From Candidatus Saccharimonadota bacterium (GTDB lineage Bacteria; Patescibacteriota; Microgenomatia; UBA1406; GWC2-37-13): a DNA stretch of 32,000 nt. The stretch's first letter is position 1. Every line of letters begins with the position of its first letter. A program made the position numbers and the translations under genes. The stretch is taken from positions 1-32,000 of the forward strand of contig CP064967.1 of the NCBI GenBank assembly GCA_016699265.1, in the 5' to 3' direction. Under the pieces are notes generated by a model. That model did no database searches and was not told where the DNA came from. It saw nothing but the letters and a program-made list of their open reading frames with translations. Below are positions 30,978-32,000 of the stretch, piece after piece.

Positions 30978-32000
30978 ATGAACGATAGATTTGAGTTTGG
31001 AACATATTCTTTAGACCTCGAGACTCTTGAATGTTCGTTCAACTACATATCTGTACATAATGGGGTCAAACGTACCTTCGTTGAGAAGCTGATCCTTCCG
31101 TATAAGCCGAGCAGACTCAACATACCTCAAGAACTTCTTGATCGTGTACTCAAATATCTTCATCTTACGATCGGGGTAAGCTACTTCAAGATTTTTGTGC
31201 AGGACACCGTCGTCGTTCCGTACGTTTTAAGTACGGAAGAGGCTGCTTTTTTTACAATACTATATAAAAAAGGACTCGGTGAGTTCTATTACCGAAACAA
31301 CCTTTCTTTGAAAAAAGCTCCAATCTTTCCATCCGATGAATCTATAAAGCGCGAACCATTTACATTAGAGAGTAGCACTGACAATATATTAGTTGGACTT
31401 GGAGGTGGGAAAGACTCGATAGTGGCTTTAGAATTACTCAAGGAGCAAGGGTTTGCTCCATCGGTTTTTATTGTTGGAGGCGAACAGGAAACTGCACTGC
31501 ATAAAAGTTTGGTTGAAAAAACCAAGTCACCAGCATATCAGGTAAAGCGAATCCTTGACCAGCAATTATTCAGTCCGATACAAGACTCTTATAATGGTCA
31601 CGTACCGGTTTCTGCCATCTACTCGTTGGTTGGCTATCTTCTTGCATTACTTTATCACTTTTCCTATATAGTGGTGGGAAATGAGCACAGTAGTAATTTT
31701 GGGAACATCCTATTTGAGTCAACCGAGATTAATCATCAATGGAGTAAATCAATTGAATATGAACATTTGTTTCAAGACCTTTGTCGATCATCTTTAAGTC
31801 CGAATATTGTATATTTTTCTCTTTTAAGGCCGTTTTATGAGATAAGAATCGTGGAACAGTTTATGAAATATCCAGAGTATCTACACAGTTTTACTAGTTG
31901 CAACAGAGCATTTCGTATTAAAAAACCAACTGAACAGCTGTGGTGTGGAGAGTGTCCAAAATGCGTGTTCGTATTTCTCCTATGTTCTGCATTTATGAAT
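30978..32000 (+). CDS. PP-loop (adenine nucleotide alpha-hydrolase superfamily) protein, 3'-truncated by the window edge
   Basis: Not in the ORF track because no stop is reached. I translated ATG 30978 to 32000 (341 codons) with no stop. It contains LVGLGGGKDSIVALELL (an SGGxDS-like PP-loop), GNEHSSN, HQWSKS and WCGECPKC. Confidence 0.5.
   Translation, partial: MNDRFEFGTYSLDLETLECSFNYISVHNGVKRTFVEKLILPYKPSRLNIPQELLDRVLKYLHLTIGVSYFKIFVQDTVVVPYVLSTEEAAFFTILYKKGLGEFYYRNNLSLKKAPIFPSDESIKREPFTLESSTDNILVGLGGGKDSIVALELLKEQGFAPSVFIVGGEQETALHKSLVEKTKSPAYQVKRILDQQLFSPIQDSYNGHVPVSAIYSLVGYLLALLYHFSYIVVGNEHSSNFGNILFESTEINHQWSKSIEYEHLFQDLCRSSLSPNIVYFSLLRPFYEIRIVEQFMKYPEYLHSFTSCNRAFRIKKPTEQLWCGECPKCVFVFLLCSAFMN

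Overview
Gene-dense, AT-rich (by eye) bacterial window with short intergenic gaps and many 1-40 nt gene overlaps. I see no transposase, integrase, CRISPR array or recognisable defence genes. The content suggests a reduced-genome, CPR/Patescibacteria-like organism, which is an inference only: archaeal-type CoA and polyamine enzymes, a stand-alone four-helix-bundle (23S-IVS/Avd-family) gene, few Shine-Dalgarno sites, type IV pilus genes and dprA.

Layout:
- 200-3617 (-): membrane protein, dnaB, four-helix-bundle gene, MBL hydrolase.
- 3721-6364: prs, tRNA-His, a PPAT/DUF359 fusion, tRNA-Thr.
- 6364-11094 (-): tRNA-Pro, mntR, mntH, a PIG-V-like glycosyltransferase and a class B PBP, in that transcription order.
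- 11134-11613: dCMP deaminase.
- 11735-26237: a split type IV pilus-like locus. pilB-pilC is followed by about 5.4 kb carrying a CheY-like regulator, pyruvoyl arginine decarboxylase, DUF2156-EamA, a membrane protein and a GAF histidine kinase. Then come three minor pilin-like genes, a roughly 994-aa pilin-fused surface protein, a bitopic protein and a monocistronic major pilin.
- 26317-32000: a secreted clan GH-A-like protein, a CofE-like/RPE-like pair, dprA, RNase H and a partial PP-loop protein.

Most interesting observations:
1. The giant pilin-fusion protein.
2. Three pilin-like proteins with 27-aa leaders, two of them clearly paralogous.
3. A nucleotide module present three times (CGTAT heptads, a GC hairpin, ATACG heptads), one copy non-coding.
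4. The archaeal-type PPAT-DPCK fusion.
5. A recurrent -10 box 5-8 nt upstream of ATG, suggesting leaderless mRNAs.

All calls come from reading the ORF translations and the DNA by eye. No searches or computations were run.
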